A stretch of 64,000 bases of DNA from Eledone cirrhosa (taxonomy: Eukaryota), in assembly GCA_964016885.1 (NCBI GenBank), contig OZ024742.1, forward strand, positions 335,730,001-335,794,000, in the 5' to 3' direction. The notes under the pieces are model-generated. The model was not told the origin of the DNA. It did no database searches and saw only the letters and a list, made by a program, of their open reading frames with translations. The first letter of the stretch is position 1. Each line of letters begins with the position of its first letter. Shown piece by piece: positions 1 through 14,109 of the stretch. The translations under genes were made by a program, and so were the position numbers.

Positions 1-65
<65 letters not shown>
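1..65. repeat. (TA)n microsatellite, first of many in the window (others e.g. 358-448, 3116-3200, 8739-8836, 9387-9484, 35517-35776, 43277-43364)
   Basis: Pure TA dinucleotide run. Confidence 0.99.
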
Positions 66-69
<4 letters not shown>

Positions 70-355
70 TTAGGTTTGAGGGTTCACCACTGGATAGAGC
101 TGGTCAATTCCGAGATAGCCTTAAGTAGACCGAATAGCCAGCACTTGAGGGCGACCGGCTAAAGTGGAAGATGCTAGATGGTCGGTCGTCCTCGGGTCTA
201 TGATTTTCAGCCCCATGGATTTTATCTATTACATTCATTTATTATATTTCGAATACATGATATCACCGGATTCATACGGAACCCGGTCATTGAAATGATC
301 ATAGTATAATAAACCTTTCAAGGATTTACACAAGTCCAGCCTCCTGTCATTTTAT

Positions 356-357
<2 letters not shown>
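66..357 (+). mobile_element. Non-coding Penelope-type pseudo-LTR remnant between TA arrays, with a decayed hammerhead-like motif at 253-307
   Basis: ATAC-ATGATA-TCACCGG..CCGGTCATT-GAA-ATGATCAT-A-GTAT followed by AATAAA. Stem III is palindromic and the 5' core is degenerate. Confidence 0.4.
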
Positions 358-452
<95 letters not shown>

Positions 453-760
453 ATATTTTTTTATTTGTTTGACCCGAATTACTTGGTCGTTTCTATGGTT
501 GTGCGGATGACGGTTTAACCATCGTCTCAGTGTGTTTGGCCTTTAACGTATGTTGTAGCCCTGCTTCGTCAGAATTATTGAGCGCTTGCCACACATCTCG
601 GAAGTTAGTTTTCGCTAATTCCGAAGCTGAAATACGATTCTCGCTAATTTATATTTATATATATATATATATGTATATATGCAGAGAGAGAGAGAGAGAG
701 TTCCACAACAAATTAGAAAACCATACTCGAGGACGCGCCTTTCACAATTTTATATATATA

Positions 761-2615
761 CACGAGGTTTGTCCCCTAAGTAAGGGTACGGATGTGATAT
801 TTAAATGTATATTAGATGTACATGAAATTACATGTTTCCCTCCTTCAACATATGACTCTTGGGAAGACTCACGGTGCTTCCAGCGTTTTTTCTATTGATC
901 ATAGCAGTACCGGAAGTTATTTTTGGAGAGTGTCCTTAACTTATCAGTTAAAATATTTGAAAAATATGCAACTGTTTTGTTAAAATTCTGTTTCTTCTAC
1001 AATTATCCCTGCATTTAATCGGCGTTCGCACCACTTCCACATTTGTTGTTAATAATTATTTTATTTATGGTGTATATCATGTGAATACAGTTTAATAGAA
1101 AAACAAAAACAAAAGAAAATTTAGATTGAGAAAAATGGAATCTAAAATAGGAAAATATAGAGAAAAAAAGAAAAAGAAAGAACAAACGGGAAGGGGGGAG
1201 AATGGCAAGAATGATGGGAGGATGATTGGGCTCTGGGCCTAGGGCGCAGGGGCTGCCCTCTGTGGACAAGACCGCAAAAGTATTCTCACGGACAATGGCC
1301 AGCGACACCTGCTGCAACAACCACCTCACCTCCCGGGGTTCCTTTCTCAGAAGGGCCGCTGACATTCCAATCTTGCAGAGGAAGTCGACTGTATGGGGTC
1401 CAAGTACGCCTGAGGTTTCGACGGCGATTGGTGCGAAGAGGAAGTGGCCGGACAGTCCCTGGTATTTGTTTATTTTTCCGTTCCTCTGCAAGGCAGGCCG
1501 CGGTACCGGGGTTTGTGGCCGAAGCGACTAAGCTGGAGGCGGAGAACGTGTCGCAACAGGTGACGTTCTAGATGAGGGATCTAACTCCTTCGAATGGGAA
1601 GAGAGTGGTTGCATCTCCGCGGTCAGGGCCTGCTGGCTCAAGTTGTGATGGAAAGCCAGCTGCGTACAGGCTCCTTCTAAGTATGTTGTTGCGAGCAGTG
1701 TGTCGGGGAAACCGACATGTGCTCTGGTGGCAAGACAGAGGGTGTAGGTAGAACTTGTCAACAACCACCCCGCAATGGCATTTATGTAGTACACACACGT
1801 GGAGGCCCAGTTGCTGAGCCCCTCAGATTCGAGTGCACTCATCATCAAGAAGGTTGATGAGGAGGACACCGAATTGAGTCACGCGCTGCTGTTTGACTGA
1901 GAGGCAGAGCGGAGTCAGGCGGTGTTGGTCCAGGCCAGACTTGATCCGCCTGAGAGAAGACCTGCATTTGATGTCGTCCCAGTTACGTTAGACCGTAGTA
2001 TACTGGGGGACATAGAGGCCTTCACCTGTCCAGTAGGCCAGAGCCTGTTCCATCTCAAGGGCCAGGTCAGGTCGGCCATCTGACTTAGAACCTCGCTGAA
2101 GAGAGAGCGACTGGAGAGATTGAGGAGGGGTAGGCAAGCAAAGCCAGATCCAAAGTGATCGGAGGCCGAGGCCCCCGAACTTCGCTGGGAGTTTCACCTG
2201 CTGCCAGCCTGCGCTGTCAAAACTGACTTTGCAGATGAGTTCCGCACACCGTCGAATGGTGGTATCGAGTTCTCCGAGAAGATCTGTGTGGGGGTGGCAA
2301 GGTGCACTGCACAGCGTGAACATGAATTTGGGCAACACGAAGCAGTTCCTCAGTAGGAAGAGTGCCGGATGAGAGTCAACACGACGAGATTGGCTTTCCA
2401 GAGCGAGGTTCGTTTTCAACATTTTCTCGGCCTTCTTTGTGCCACTTAAAAACCTTACTTCTCAATAGTGTGGCATCTTTGTTGAGTTTCGTACAAAATT
2501 TGATTGTGTACCGTTGTTCGATATTTGCCTGCATACATCAACGCCTATATACATCAACGAGGTGGTGCGATATGAGGTCCTACATAGAAAATCAGTACCC
2601 TTACTTGTGGGACAA

Positions 2616-2620
<5 letters not shown>
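761..2620 (-). mobile_element. Internally deleted mariner (Tc1/mariner) DNA transposon, interrupted by a CRE element
   Basis: 29-bp TIRs at 765-793 and 2591-2619 (AGGTTTGTCCC(C/A)(T/C)AAGTAAGGGTAC(G/T)GAT) in TA context. The minus strand reads QRYTIKFCTKLNK..KVFKWHKEGRENVENEPRSGKP (mariner N-terminus) and LRTLSKNNFRYCYDQ*KKRWKH..SQESYVEG (mariner C-terminus). Confidence 0.88.
1047..2385 (-). mobile_element. 5'-truncated, degraded CRE-clade non-LTR retrotransposon (RT C-terminus, zinc knuckle, restriction-like endonuclease)
   Basis: Motifs HPALFLLRNCF.LPK, QVKLPAKFGGLGLRS, CHCG..VDK..LHPLSC..RH, and KY..L...FAPIAVETSGVLGP..WLLQQVSLAIVR. AATAAA-rich 3' end near 1050-1070. Confidence 0.85.
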
Positions 2621-2669
<49 letters not shown>

Positions 2670-2676
<7 letters not shown>

Positions 2677-3112
2677 AGTAAGTCAAATATGTAAAATTTG
2701 GCTTCGTTTATTATAAATTATAAATTTGCTGTTATATATATTTCGGTGACAGCTATTATTGGCTGTGACCTCTTCAGGCAGTCCGAATTGATGTGGAAAA
2801 GACAGGTACACATGTTGTTGAAGTGGGTCAACATTATTTTATATATATATAAAATAAACATATGAAACAATCACAGGAGATAATTTGTAAAGTGTATGAG
2901 TACACATAGCTAGGTAGGTAACTAATTAAAGTTTAACGAGAACTTCAAATATAGATACCTTTTTTAAAATGATTAATATCCTTTGTATATATTTCATTAA
3001 ATAAAGAAATATATTTCACCGTCAATCGGTAAATCACAGTAGTCAAATTGCGGATCTTCAGCAAAGGAGAAGATTTAACTATCTGTGTTTACAGAGCAAA
3101 TGCAAATCTATA

Positions 3113-3206
<94 letters not shown>

Positions 3207-3370
3207 GGAGAGACGGGGAGAGAGTGGGAGAGATTAGATAGAGATCTTGTTGCTCTGGATAGGTAAGGAGTTATATTTCCTCTGAACAAACTTTCATTCA
3301 TCCATTTCTAAATCCACTGGCCGATTTTATTGAACTTTGTTTAATACTTTTCTTTAGATATTATTTACAC
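2670..3370 (-). mobile_element. Penelope-like 3' remnant (decayed endonuclease tail and pseudo-LTR) carrying a hammerhead
   Basis: 2680-2830 is homologous to 58135-58265 and contains the hammerhead at 2728-2783. Bounded and split by TA arrays. Confidence 0.55.
2728..2783 (-). ncRNA. Minimal type I hammerhead ribozyme (stem I slightly decayed)
   Basis: Minus strand: ACTGC-CTGAAGA-GGTCACAGC caataata GCTGTCACC-GAA-ATATATAT-A-ACAGC. Confidence 0.75.
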
Positions 3371-3398
3371 ACACTACAATCTATCTCTGAGTTGGATT

Positions 3399-3587
3399 AT
3401 ATATGTAGATGTATGTATGTATTTATGTATGTATGTATGTATGTATATATGTGTATGTATGTATATGTATGTGTATGTATGTATGTGTGTATGTATGTGT
3501 ATATTATGTGTATGTATGTGTGTATGTATGTATTCATGTATGTATGTGTATGCGTGTATGTATGTATTTATGTATGCATGCATGTAT
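3399..3587. repeat. Degenerate (TATG)n/(TG)n microsatellite
   Basis: Direct reading. Confidence 0.95.
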
Positions 3588-3589
3588 TT

Positions 3590-4435
3590 TCTTTTTGAGT
3601 TTATTTTTGACCGGCCACCTACCCGGTGGCAAGGTTGTAAAGAAAATGAAATTTTCGTCGTCCCTTGTACAATCGTTCATCCTTTAAATTATAAGAATGT
3701 TTTACAGATTTTGAAGGTTCGAGATACCGCGACCATTTGTAGTTTATGAATTAAGGAGTTGCGTTTTTCTCCGCAAATCCAATTTTTATCATACTTTGGT
3801 TCAGGTGTGTCGGTATATATCATGTAGCTCCAATAATAATAAGTATAAAACTGACCGTGTATCTTACGTAGTGGATCTTAGTCCGTAAGTAACCCCTTTC
3901 CCTTGCATATTTCTTACATTAATATCTAGAGAGCAATTGATTTCTACAACAGATCATGTTTTAAATATGTGGTCCCAAACAATATCAGGCTGGTTGTATT
4001 TTAATTTGGTGGCGGTTTTTATATGTAGGTTCCCCCAATATTCCTTTGAGCCATCAGTCTTTATGTATTCCTCCCGATTTGATTTAATTTTGGTCTTCCA
4101 TAATGTATCCCAGATCGTTCTAACTATCACATCATGCTTCATGGAGATGTATTAACGATGAGACATTCTTTTACAGTTGGCAATAATGTGGCTGACATCT
4201 TCGATCTTTATTTTGCACATCCTACATTTACTTTCAACTCATGACTTTCCTTTTTGTGCTGTATGTACTTGATGGGGATTTTCTTGTTTCTGGATTGCAT
4301 AGCGGTACCCTTCAAGGTGGGATATTATGAACTTATCGGAGCTACATGTCAGGCTTTTGATATGGTTTATCCCTTCTAAGGTCTACGTTTTTCTTCACAA
4401 GTGTCCATGTATTTAGTGAACTGATCCATTTAAAA
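3590..4435 (-). mobile_element. R4/Dong-like non-LTR 3' fragment (CCHC and REL endonuclease), degraded
   Basis: CRMC..KIEDVSHIIANC..HDVIVRTIWD..KEYW.N..YNQPDI, similar to the REL region at 44655-45341. Confidence 0.75.
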
Positions 4436-5009
4436 AATTTTTATTCAAGAATCAAGTAGAGCCTTCCAATTTGTATCAGCTTTTATTTCATATCTCGCCG
4501 CTAGATCAGTGGCTATTATAACAATGTTGTTATTTTCATGCTCGGGCGGAATAGCTACTGACATTTCTCTTGTTGAAGGTGTCACTTCAGACTCGTGTGG
4601 TGTTATATAGATTTTAGGCCCCAGCCACCCTACATGTGAGCGAAATAAAGCCGACGACTTCACTATTAGTGTTTACGTTTCCTGTAACACTGAACAGCTT
4701 GCGAGTCCTTACATCCATTTCGTTGAGTTATTGCAATGACCTGTTCAGCAAGCCAAATGCTGGCGTTCGGACGGACACAGCAACAGTTTTATGGGCAATA
4801 TGCTTGTTGGATACTGAAAGTTCTGATGACCATATTCTCTTTAATCACCTGGGGCATTTAATCCTGGTCCTCTTCTGGGTTCATCGTATCTGATGAAGTC
4901 AATAATAGTAGTAGTAGTAGCAGCAGCAATAAACTAATAGTAGTAGCAATAATACTAATAGTATCTCTAGTAACAGTAATGGTGATAATCTTTATTATAA
5001 AAGAGAAGC

Positions 5010-6350
5010 TGTTTCTCTGTCTGTCCGGAACGCGAAGGGGCTGTGTCGGCATACGCAGACGACATCACCATGATGCTGTCGAACCTCGGAAATCGAGGTT
5101 GTTGGCACCCTCTTGAAGGAATATGAAAAGTTGACGGGAGCGAAACTAAACCCGGAAAAGTCGTCAGGCGCTGGACGGATGACAGGTGAAGTTGCTCGCG
5201 GTTTGGTTCGAACCAGGCCTCCAGCTGGATATGAATTGGGACTAAGTTACGGTCAGGGTAGCCACTCTAACCCAGAAATGGCCCAAGAGGAATCTTTCCC
5301 TGAAAGGTTGGGCGGAGGTGGCGAACGCGTACTTCACCCCCGTCATCTACTACCACCTAACCGTCGTGCCTGCATCCGTTCGCGCCTCGCCAAATTGGAG
5401 CAACTCTTCTTCAACTTCTTGTGGAGAGGACGGGTTCCGTTGGTGAGGCAGTCCATCTGTTGCCAGTACCCTCTACGTGGAGGGCTGGACACACCGTGGC
5501 TAATGATGCGCAAACATGTGCTGAGGCTGCAGCATCTCCAGATATTCTTCCTAAACGGTGAACAGGTGTGGTTGCCGTTTGTGAGACAGGCCTTTCCGCA
5601 GCTCGTCCCTTTATCTGAGATATAGTCCTGGGTCAAGAAGAGACCAAGGCTGGACGCCTGGCAATGCTCACTGCCCTCTACCAGGCGGGGAATTCGGTCA
5701 GTGGAGCTTCCACTCTCGAGTTCTAAAGAGGATTAGTGGTGGGTAAGTGCGACGACGCTCTCAGAAAGGTTCTAGGCGTCGACGAGAACGAACTAGCCAG
5801 TCTTTTCTGGAGGACTTTCTAGCCGGGGACCATGGACAATTTCCAGAAATCCTTCGCTTGGCAGTAGCAAAAGAGGTTGTATGGTGGACCAGGTTGAAAG
5901 AACTGAAAACAGACAATTTTCTTTTCGACCAATCCCTCATCAAACTTTTTCAAATTTCACTTGGAGAGGAAGGTGAGGATAGAGAGAGAAGTGCTGCCCC
6001 CTAGTACATTTGCTGAATGGTGGGTGAATGTGGCGAGAATGGCCCATATGAGTGGGCCTACTCTGATCGTGCGCTTGTATGCTGGTGATTTCGAGGAGGA
6101 GAGGGGTGCTTTTCCCGGGTGCCCTCGAAGCGTCGGATGGTTCAGGATTGGGGTGAGGGGTTAACTGAATCAACACTGGGTGATTATCCCCCCCCCCCTA
6201 TTGAGGAATCTTCATTGTTGTATTTTTATTGTTTATTGTTATTGTTTTCCTATTTTTTTTTTTTTACTTCATTTTGTGTAAAAACCCGCCTGTCCTCGTC
6301 CATTGTATTGTCCTCTATATGTCGGCTCTTGTGGCCAATAAATGAAACCA
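5010..6350 (+). mobile_element. L1/Tx1-clade fragment (3' part of ORF2 plus 3' UTR), degraded with an internal deletion
   Basis: SAYADDIT..KLTGAKLNPEKS..RGGL..VAKEVVWWTRLK. The 3' UTR ends GTGGCCAATAAATGAAACC like the 20205 copy. Confidence 0.92.
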
Positions 6351-6455
6351 TCCCGCCGAGGTTAACTTTGCCTTTCATCCTTACGAAGTCGATAAACTAA
6401 AGTACCAATAATAAACTGGGGTAATTGCTGGCCTTGTGCCAAAGTAGAAACACTT
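6351..6455 (+). mobile_element. SINE family A, 5'-truncated
   Basis: CCCGCCGAGGTTAACTTTGCCTTTCATCC..GTCGATAAA..AAGTACC..GGCCTTGTGCCAAAGTAGAAAC. Confidence 0.9.
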
Positions 6456-6457
6456 AT

Positions 6458-6489
<32 letters not shown>

Positions 6490-6859
6490 CGTGTGCGTGT
6501 GCGTGTGTGTGTGTGTGTGAGGAGCAGGAAAGAAGTATCAATATAACTTCATTATGTTTATTCGCGCCTGACGTGCATTTTGCTTTCGATTAGCTCAAAG
6601 TACAATCGGTAGTAAAAGCGCCTGACTCTGGAATCGATAATTCATCAGACTTGTGGATTTTCAAATAAATGTATATATCTCTGTGATAACGTTATATATA
6701 CTTAAGGTGTTGCTAATTGATATTGAGTCTCGGTGCCAGAGTATCCTTTGGAGTTCTTCGTTAGTTGGTGTGTATTATAGTTTTTAGTCGTGTTGGCGAT
6801 TGATTAGTAGTAGCATTATTGTACAAAATAGTTCAAAGAATGGAGGAAGGAAGACAGAT

Positions 6860-7552
6860 ATAGATATATTTCTTTATTAGCCACAAGGGCGCACAAGAAA
6901 AGGGGACAATACAAAGACATGTCGGGGATTTTACATAGTCGTGTAAAAAATATAAAAACAAACAATTACAACAATCGAAATCCCCAATAGGGGGGAGGCG
7001 CCACAAATGGGTTGTTTAATACCCCGTCGATAGAACAACCCTCAACTCCAGGAGCATGTTGTGCAAGTGCTCCCTTCTTCCTCCTGCTCTCTTCTTCAAC
7101 CTACAGGCTTATAAACAGAGAAGGCCCAATCACTCGGGCCATTTTCGCTTCATTCACCCACCTTTCAGTAAATTTACTGGGGTGCAGTGTCTCTCTCTCC
7201 ACTCTGATTCTCCTTCTAAAGTGATACTTAACGAAGGGAATCAATTGTTGTCCGGAGAGAAAGGCATCTGTCCTCAGTCCTCTCAACCTCGTCCACCATA
7301 TAACTTCTTTCACCATAGCCACCGTACAGAGGAAAACCGCCTCTCTTTCGTTTTTGAAAGAGGCTGGCGGTTTGATCCTTACTATGGACTCGGCAGTCAA
7401 CTGGATTTGTCCCATACGCGACAGCAGTTGTTCTGCATAGTTCCACAGTTCGGTTACGCCCGGGCAGTGTACAATTGCGTGCAGAACTGTTTCAATGTCC
7501 TGCGCGCATCTTGGACACGTCCTCTTGGAAGGATCCCTGGTCGGGATTGCAC
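6860..7552 (-). mobile_element. L1/Tx1-clade 3' fragment of a divergent subfamily
   Basis: ORF 7101-7562 reads TCPRCAQDIETVLHAIVHCP..KEVIWWTRL and is homologous to the C-terminus of 20487-21968. The 3' UTR has CCCCCCTATTGGGGA and AATAAA. Confidence 0.9.
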
Positions 7553-8843
<1,291 letters not shown>

Positions 8844-9383
8844 TATAGAGAGAATATAGAGAAGTGACACACGAGTTGATATATATAAAAATTAGTAAAA
8901 AAGAAAAAACAATAGAAAATGCTAAAGAGATTTTTCCTCAGAATAACATCAAAATAGGAATTTCCGCATTATTTGTACCAGTTTCAGCTCATACGCTTTA
9001 TCACACGGCGGAAGTGTATAATGCAATTAAATTGCATATTAATAACAATAAGAATATGGGGGAAAAAAATTGTTTTTACATACATATATAGGGAGGAAAG
9101 TTCACATTTTTGTCTGTAATTTTCTTTCTTTCTCTCTTAGTGCTTACCTTAGCTAAATTAATGAAAAATATCCTTACACAGGCCAACGTCCAGTCGACCT
9201 TAGCAACGAAACCAACAGTAAACAAAATGTGGTAGACCCAACAGTGGTATATGTGTCAACCTAATAAAGATAGTTTCCATTTATTAATATTATTGATATT
9301 ATACTCCAGAAGTATTTTGTAGAGTGCTTCGAATCTGTTATAAATAAATTTGTTGAATAACCAACAAATTAAATAACTATTTG

Positions 9384-10070
<687 letters not shown>

Positions 10071-10079
10071 AAAAAATAA

Positions 10080-12660
10080 AATAGGTGTTGGCAATGCAAA
10101 TGGTGAATCCCTACTGGGGACTTGTACAGGACATCGCTTCACAATAGATAACACTCTTTTTCGTCTCAAACAGCGCTTCAAGTCAACTTGGATGCATCCA
10201 AAATCAAAGGACTGGTATATGCTCAATTATATCATCACAAGATAGCAACACACGCGTGCCATGGTTAGTGCAGATGATTGTTGTACTTATCACCGTATGC
10301 TGGTGAAGATGTGCTTCAAAATAAAATTAAGGCCGTTCTACCTAATAAACAAACCATCAAAGAAGTTCAATAGAGAGAAATTGCAGCTGAACGCCACCGT
10401 CGCTTCTGCATACCATGAAGCCATCTTAAAGAATAGGAGAGACACCCCAGTAGCAACCACCTCAATTGAAAATAGATGGAGCAACATCAAAACAATTATT
10501 GGAAAGGCTGCTACTGAAACCCTGGGGTTTAAAACCAGGAATCGTCAAGACTGGTTCTGTGAAAATAACATGATCACTGATCCCATTGAGACCAAAACAC
10601 AAGCTCGGTTTGAGTGGGACGCTCAAAAGTCAGAAAGAAGCTTAACCAAGAAACCAAGGCAAGATGCCAAAAACTTCTGCGAGAAGAGGAAAACAAGTGG
10701 TGGTAAGAAAGAGCACAAGAAATCCAGGCCTATAGAGACAGCAAAGATCTGAAAAGCTTCTATAAGGCCACCAAGCAACTATATGGGCTGACACCCTCAT
10801 CATCCGGCGTACTCCTAGCAACTGATAGCACCAATGTTCTAACCGATCCTTTAGAAATCCTAGGGCGTTGGAAGGGGCAATTTGCACGCTTACTAAATAA
10901 GACTGCGAAAACTGTTGTTGACTAACTGAAACCCAGAATGAATTCCAGGTAGCTGCTGGTCAGATAACACCAAACAAATCCCCAGGACCCGATAACATTC
11001 TCCTAGAATTGTTGAACTACGTGGGGAAACATTTTCAAAGAAGATTATATATACTTATTTTGTATATATGGGAACAGAAACAACTGCCCAGTGATTGGAA
11101 GGATGCTAATATAATCACCATCTTTAAAAAAAGAGATAAGATATTATGTGGCAACTACAGAGGAATCTCTCTCCTTTAAATAGTAGGAAAGTTTTTAGCA
11201 AAAATAATCTTAAGACGCTTGTAGATGCTCATGGAGCAAATATTGCCAGATTCCCAATGTGGATTCCGCTCCAACAGAGGGACTAGAGACATTATCTCCT
11301 GTGCAATACAGGTACAGGAAATGAGCAGAGAACAACAAAGACCTCTTTACATATTTTTTTATGATCTTAAAAATGCATTTGACAGTGTGCCTAGATAGGC
11401 CATGTGGCAGATACTGGAAAGGTTTTGATGTCCGCCTACAATGACCTCCATTCCACGATGATATGGTGGGCAGGGTGGTGCACAACAACCAAACCACCGA
11501 AACCTTCCGGATCACATGTGGCTTAAAACAAGGCTGTTTCTCCGCACTTACTCTGTTATCCAATCTATTTAGCAGCCATGATGTTTGAAATCCCGTCTGA
11601 CCGCCCTGGAGTAGATCTTCACAAACGACTTGATGAGGTGAGGGTGGGTCTTCAATACTGCCCGATTTCGATCTAAGAGAAACACCACGGCCTTCAGGTG
11701 ACTGGCCTACAGTTTGCCGATGGTGTGGCTGCCTTGGTCAGCAGTGTGGAAGATATCGAAAGATCTGTGAGGAATTATACCAATGCATACAAGTGGTTTG
11801 GCCTCACAGTAAATGTAACTAAGACTAAAATCCTAACCCCCAGGATTAAATGGACCTGACCCCAACATAAAAATTCGAGGGATGAAGGTAGAGAGTGTGT
11901 TTCAATTTCCCTACCCCGGAGCAGTCTTAGCCAAGGATGCAACATAAAGCAAAGACATCAAATGTAGGATCCAGGCAGCAAGTGCTGCATTGGGGGTGAC
12001 TTAACAAGAGAGTCTTCTAGAACAGAGATTTGAAAAGGGAAACAAAGCTCATGGTGTATAAGACTGTGGTACTTCCCACACTTTTGTATGACTGTGAGAC
12101 ATGAACATTGTAGAGGAAAGATATAAAGAAATTGGAGGCCTTTCATCAGAGGAAACTCCAGGCCATCACGAACATTGTGTAGCAGGATAAAGTGAGCAAC
12201 ACCATGACACTTGACAGAGCTGTCAGTAGAAGCATCAAAAGCACCATAATGGTACAACACTTGCGATAGGTGGGACATGTAACACGCATGAATGAATACA
12301 AGCTACCCAAGAAAATTTTCTACAGTGAAATGACTGAAGGAAAACTCCATCTTAGTGCACCTAAGTGTCGCCATAAATACCAACTTAAGCGAAAACTAAA
12401 AAGCTGAGAATCTGATGCGCAGTACAGGAGGCTTTGGAGGAAAAGGTGAAAACAGGCACAGTATACTTTGAGTTGGCGAGGAGAGATGCCCTTGAGACAA
12501 AGAAACAGACTGAACAAAGCCCTGCTACCCAAATCTCCACCTCATATCCAATGCCCAAACGGCCCCAGGCTCTTTCGTGCACAAACTGGAGTGATAAATC
12601 TCCTACAGGTGCATAACTGAGGTGATCTTATTCTCTATTCTCTGACAAGAATGAAGAGTC
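10080..12660 (+). mobile_element. Old RTE-clade LINE (APE end, RT, C-terminus), heavily degraded
   Basis: NANGESLL..NTLF..STWMHPKSK.W..L.YII, then CGNYRGISLL, GLKQGC, LQFAD, and *VGHVTRM.EYKLPKKIFYSE. Confidence 0.9.
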
Positions 12661-12864
12661 AATAAAAATAACTTATGCTAAGTTATGAACAGTATCGTTC
12701 CTAAATCCATGTGTGTATTAAGGTTTTGAAGTCTTCACGGCTGTATATTCAGAATCAGAATGGTCACGCTAGTCACGTATTAGTCACGTCCTTAGCATTA
12801 GTATTAAAATAGCATTTGAACAAGAGAAAATTCTGAACACCCGATTTAAAATTTCTTAACGATC

Positions 12865-13145
12865 GACGCATGGCAGATCGCGAGTTCTATTCCTGGCAGC
12901 GCGTTGCGTCCTTGAGCAAGGCAATTTATTTCACATTGCTTCCGTCCACCCAGCTGGCAAAAATGAGTTGTATCTGTAATTCAAAGGACCAACCATATCA
13001 CACCCTATATCATGCTGAATTTCCCTGAGATTTACATTAATTGTACACGTGTCTGTGAAATGCTCAGTCTCATGCACGTTAATTTCACGAGCAGGCTATT
13101 CTGTTCCCTGGAACACTCATCGTCAGAACGACGAAGGTCCAACAC
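12865..13145 (+). mobile_element. SINE family B (tRNA-derived)
   Basis: B-box-like GAGTTCTATTCC and core GTCCTTGAGCAAGGCA.TTTATTTCAC. Homologous to 14700-15000 (-), 28130 and 56670. Confidence 0.8.
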
Positions 13146-13147
<2 letters not shown>

Positions 13148-13217
<70 letters not shown>

Positions 13218-13276
13218 TGCGTGTGTGCGTGCGTGCGCGAGCGCGAGTGTGCGTGCGCGCGCGCGAGTGTGTGTGT
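13148..13276. repeat. (TG)n/(GC) microsatellite
   Basis: Direct reading. Confidence 0.98.
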
Positions 13277-14109
13277 AAGAATACATCTGTAGACAAACAA
13301 AGACCGGTGCATGGCCGCTGAAGAGAAATCCAGCTAGGATCGAAACCGTGCACATCAATTTCTCCACAGAGAATCTAGAAACAAAAAGGACATTTATTTA
13401 CATTTAATCTGTGTTAATCGATTACCCATCACAGTGGCAGCTTGACAGTACTATAACTATAATACATTTCCATTATCAAAATATACTGCTCAGTGCATCA
13501 ATAATTTATTAATAGACATACTTTTGTCCTTTCTATCATTTTTTTCATTGCTGATCACACCTCCAATAGTCAATTGAATACAATTGCCGCTTTCTGCTGC
13601 CTTCTCATATTTTTTGTATGAATTAGAATCCAGAAACCGATGAAACTCGTAAGGTTTCTGAGTGGGTAACAATTGTATTAATAAATCCAGTTGTGTGTCA
13701 ATAGGTTCATATGCCGCGTTCAAGTAACGTCCGTCAGTTTTTCCCTTCTAACACCTTTACGTGAGCACTGCGCTCCGTTGGAACGTCCACTTTTCTTTTC
13801 ATGATATTCAAACTGACTCCCAACAATTTCTGCTCGGTATATATATTTGCATATATTCTTAGGCGACTCATTGGTCGAACCAGTAGGGGCATCGTTGTTG
13901 TTATTACGGTTTACCCATGCGCAAATTTAGCCGGTTTCTTATGAGGTTGTATATCACAGTAGGTTTCCTTTAATGATAAGAGGACCTAGTCCTATCATAT
14001 CACACTTTTTCTACCGACAGAACACCAGATTTGAACTCAAAACAGATAGAAAAAGGATCAGATTCCTGAACTGATACCGTTATAACAATTACGTCAATTC
14101 ACTTCTAGA

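Noticed and set aside
476-580. Minus-strand CTGACGA ... GAAAC, a possible hammerhead with a long stem II
   Set aside because: About 70 nt lie between the core halves with no convincing closing helix, and stem I does not pair in register. At best a fossil.
3048-3749. Numerous YIYI, MYVC and HTHT ORFs here and throughout the window
   Set aside because: They are translations of TA, TATG and CA microsatellites that lack stop codons, not genes.
6565-6655. Minus-strand CTGATGA ... CGAAAGCA
   Set aside because: There is no U at position 16.1 and no stem I in register. It may be a decayed pseudo-LTR but is not supportable as a ribozyme.
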